Below, piece by piece: positions 47,880 through 50,744 of a stretch of 50,744 bases of DNA. Below the pieces are notes generated by a model. That model saw only the letters and a list, made by a program, of their open reading frames with translations, did no database searches and had not been told where the DNA came from. Every line of letters starts with the position of its first letter. Position 1 is the stretch's first letter. Source of the stretch: Calcarisporiella thermophila CBS 279.70. Taxonomy: Eukaryota; Fungi; Calcarisporiellomycota. The stretch covers positions 766,737 to 817,480 of the forward strand of contig NW_027192200.1 in the NCBI RefSeq assembly GCF_041956535.1, written 5' to 3'. The position numbers were made by a program, and so were the translations under genes.

Positions 47880-48355
47880 ATACTCCTGCACTAGAAATTT
47901 TTCCTTTGTTTGATTTCCCATCCTCGTTTCTGCACTTGTGACTAAGTGGCTTACTCTAAAGGAAAGCCCTCGATTTTATATATTTTTTTTCCTCCTATTT
48001 CCCATTGTTGATTTGTGAATTGATCTTCCACTGGAAAAGACCTCCGGAGAAAGGTGGGAGAAAAAAGAATCGGTTTGCCTTTTTCCTTAGTTTTAATAGC
48101 CTTCCTTTATTCTATTTTTTTTTTCTTTATAAATTATATTTATGCATTTTTATATTAAGCTTGATCCTTTTTTTTTCTACTAATAAATTCTTTTGCGACA
48201 TCCATAGATTTCACCTTTCAGTTCCTTAGTATTTTGAAATTGAATAATCAAAAAGAACTCCTAAGCCTCAAAATGACTATATGGAAAAACAAGAGTGAAC
48301 GATATTCAGGCCATAACATCACCTATTCTAATTCTAGGGCCGTCTGTCGATACCA

Positions 48356-49782
48356 ATGCTGGGACTCACTGTCCGTTGTTTGTCAAGCGCGCGTTCCTCT
48401 CCTCTGATTACAAGAGTTCCTCATCCGGTTTTTTCCCGCTCTCATGCTCCATCTCCTCCTCCCCTTCTCTTTGCTCGAGCTTTTCGCTCTCTCCCTCGGC
48501 CAAGACCCTTAGCTGTATTCCAGTACTCCTCGCGACATGCTCCACGTGCCCTGGCAAGCTATTCGCAACCTCAGGCCTTGTCCAAAGCCAACGGGAACAT
48601 CCCAAATGAAGAAACTAAATCCGAGAAACCCGAATACAAAACCTGGCTCGATCGTTTACCCCCCTCCGTAGCCCCTTATCTCTACCTGACTCGCCTAGAT
48701 AAGCCTATTGGCACTTGGCTGCTTTACTGGCCCTGCGCTTGGTCCATTTCTATGGCTGCCTACCACGCTCATTCCCCGCTCACACAAACTGCTTACATGT
48801 TAGCACTTTTTGGCACCGGGGCCATTGTAATGCGTGGGGCTGGATGTACAATTAACGACATGTGGGATAAAGATCTCGATAATAAGGTGGAGCGGACAAA
48901 GGTGAGACCATTGGCATCGGGGGCCGTGACGCGGTTTCAGGCATTAGTATTTCTGGGAGGTCAACTCTCTGTGGGACTTGCCGTGCTTACACAGCTGAAT
49001 TGGTATAGGTAAATAGATACTTGCATCTATGGATATATATTTGTTTTTCTAAGAACGCTATTTCTGTTCGAAATGGTTCTATGCTAGCATTTGCTTGGGG
49101 GCCTCCTCTCTGTCACTTGTGACGATATATCCCTTCATGAAGCGGGTGACCTACTGGCCCCAATCCGTCCTTGGTGGGCATCACGGAATCTAATGGTGAA
49201 ATGTGCATGGACTAATGCGCACTCTTTCTTTTTTTTTCAAAGGCCTTGCATTCAATTGGGGCGCGCTTCTCGGTTGGTCGGCTATGCTCGGGTCATGCGA
49301 CTGGAAGACAGTGCTGCCTCTTTATGCTGGTGGAGTATGCTGGACGCTTGTCTACGACACAATATACGCCCATCAGGTAAGCGAGCGCGTTTGCTTTTCA
49401 TAATAAGGTTTCAGCTAGTGAGCCTGACCCTGCCTTGCATCAACGCTTTTAGGATAAGCGCGATGATGTCAAAGTTGGCATCAAGTCTACCGCCCTCCTT
49501 TTTGGCAACAAAACTACCCAATATCTTACCGGATTCGGCACATCATTCGTTAGCTTGCTTGCGCTGGCAGGATTCATGAACGGGCAGGGAATCCCCTTCT
49601 ACCTGGTCTCCGTGGGAGGCTCGGCCGCACACCTTGCATGGCAGCTTCGCACCGTACGATACGAAGATCCGAAAGACTGCTGGAAGAAGTTTGTTAGTAA
49701 CAAATGGCTGGGGGCACTAGTTTGGAGCGGAATCGTGGCGGATGGAGCATGGAGACATCTTATTGAGATGAATGTCGTGTAA
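48356..49782 (+). CDS. COQ2: 4-hydroxybenzoate polyprenyltransferase, mitochondrial (UbiA family); multi-exon
   Basis: Presequence; [18 protein letters not shown]; [31 protein letters not shown]; [12 protein letters not shown]; [12 protein letters not shown]; [26 protein letters not shown]; [12 protein letters not shown]. Confidence 0.97.
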
Positions 49783-49944
49783 ATAAATAGAATAGTAACA
49801 AGGAAGGCCGGTTTATACTCAAAAATAGTGGCTGCAAAATGTAATTATAATTTATGTAATATGCTTATTGATTTATTTCAATGATTCTTCGTTGAAGACT
49901 GGTGAGATTATTATTGTCAACGACTGGATCTACCCCATTATCTA

Positions 49945-50150
49945 GGGATTGCTATAGTCCACATGTATAGATCAAACAGTACCTCACACAAGCACAATAA
50001 CAAAGCTGAGCTTCTATACCAACGAGCACTGGTCGTCAGAGAAGGAGTTTTAGGAGATGACCATCGTGACACTGGAGTGTCCACAATTTGGCAGATATCC
50101 TCGGAATTAGGACGAGTATGGACCAACTCTACCTACGTACTCTAGAGAGC
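49945..50150 (+). pseudogene. Isolated degenerate 42-aa-type TPR fragment, related to the gene end at 1-335
   Basis: KHNNKAELLYQRALVVREGVLGDDHRDTGVST resembles KYEQAEQLYQRALAIREKALGPVHPYTATS; no intact gene around it. Confidence 0.6.
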
Positions 50151-50744
50151 AGGAAAGAACTATAAAGCCTCGATCATCAGATTTTGCAGCCTCATTTAAT
50201 AATCAAGCTATTCTATATTATAACTAAAGCAAGTACGAGCAAGCAGAGTGCCTACAAACGTGCGATAACGATCATGGATCTCGAGAAAGAGTGGAATACA
50301 GTACATACTGATATTGCTACCCCCCGGTATGCAAATTGATAATGCATGGCAGAGCCTTACATTAATGATCACAAACTCTATAAATATGTTTTCTTTACAA
50401 AGTTTTTTGCAGGTCTTGTATTGATCATTGTTATGCATTGATAGCTTATTGCATAGATCACGATGAAAATGTTTTTAGAATTACAAAATTGCTACCTCAT
50501 AAATTATTAAAGGATGGTTTCACAGTAAATTTTTCCGCCGATTCGACTAATAATATTTCTCTTTGAAAATAAACCGTCATATGGATACATAAATTTTTCG
50601 TATCTCCTTTAATTGCGACAGTCGCAGTTTACATTTGGGATGATGCACTGAAGTACAGAAGCGAAACGGACGCTGTTACTTCCAGTATTAGAAAAATGTC
50701 TGTAGTTTATCTGGGAGTTTCCACAAAAAATCAAACAGAATCAG

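Overview
Eukaryotic, intron-rich DNA with short GT-AG introns (about 55-100 nt). Gene content points to an early-diverging fungus (Mucoromycota/Zoopagomycota-like; this is inference). Conserved housekeeping genes: VID27-like, EF-hand external alternative NAD(P)H dehydrogenase, Nrg1-like C2H2 factor, Cue2-like CUE-Smr nuclease, Ypp1/TTC7-like, a LEA_2-like membrane protein, CRM1/XPO1, RSP5/pub1 HECT ligase and COQ2. These alternate with three AT-richer accessory blocks. (1) 1-4.9 kb: the end of a 42-aa TPR-repeat gene, and an intronless DJ-1/PfpI (isocyanide-hydratase-like) gene plus a Tc1/mariner relic bracketed by diverged direct repeats. (2) 17.9-23.9 kb: a secreted-protein island with a Cys-rich protein carrying one in-frame stop, a stand-alone M12B-type metalloprotease and an intronless GMC oxidoreductase. 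(3) 37.9-43.5 kb: a tandem duplication of about 2.2 kb, each unit encoding a Uma2 (DUF820) PD-(D/E)XK nuclease-fold protein spliced to a C-terminal C2H2 zinc-finger exon, with a CACTA-like transposase relic between the units. The Uma2-C2H2 pair is the most notable candidate system: the two fingers differ almost only at recognition-helix positions. No tRNA, rRNA or CRISPR array could be supported. All exon boundaries were inferred by eye.
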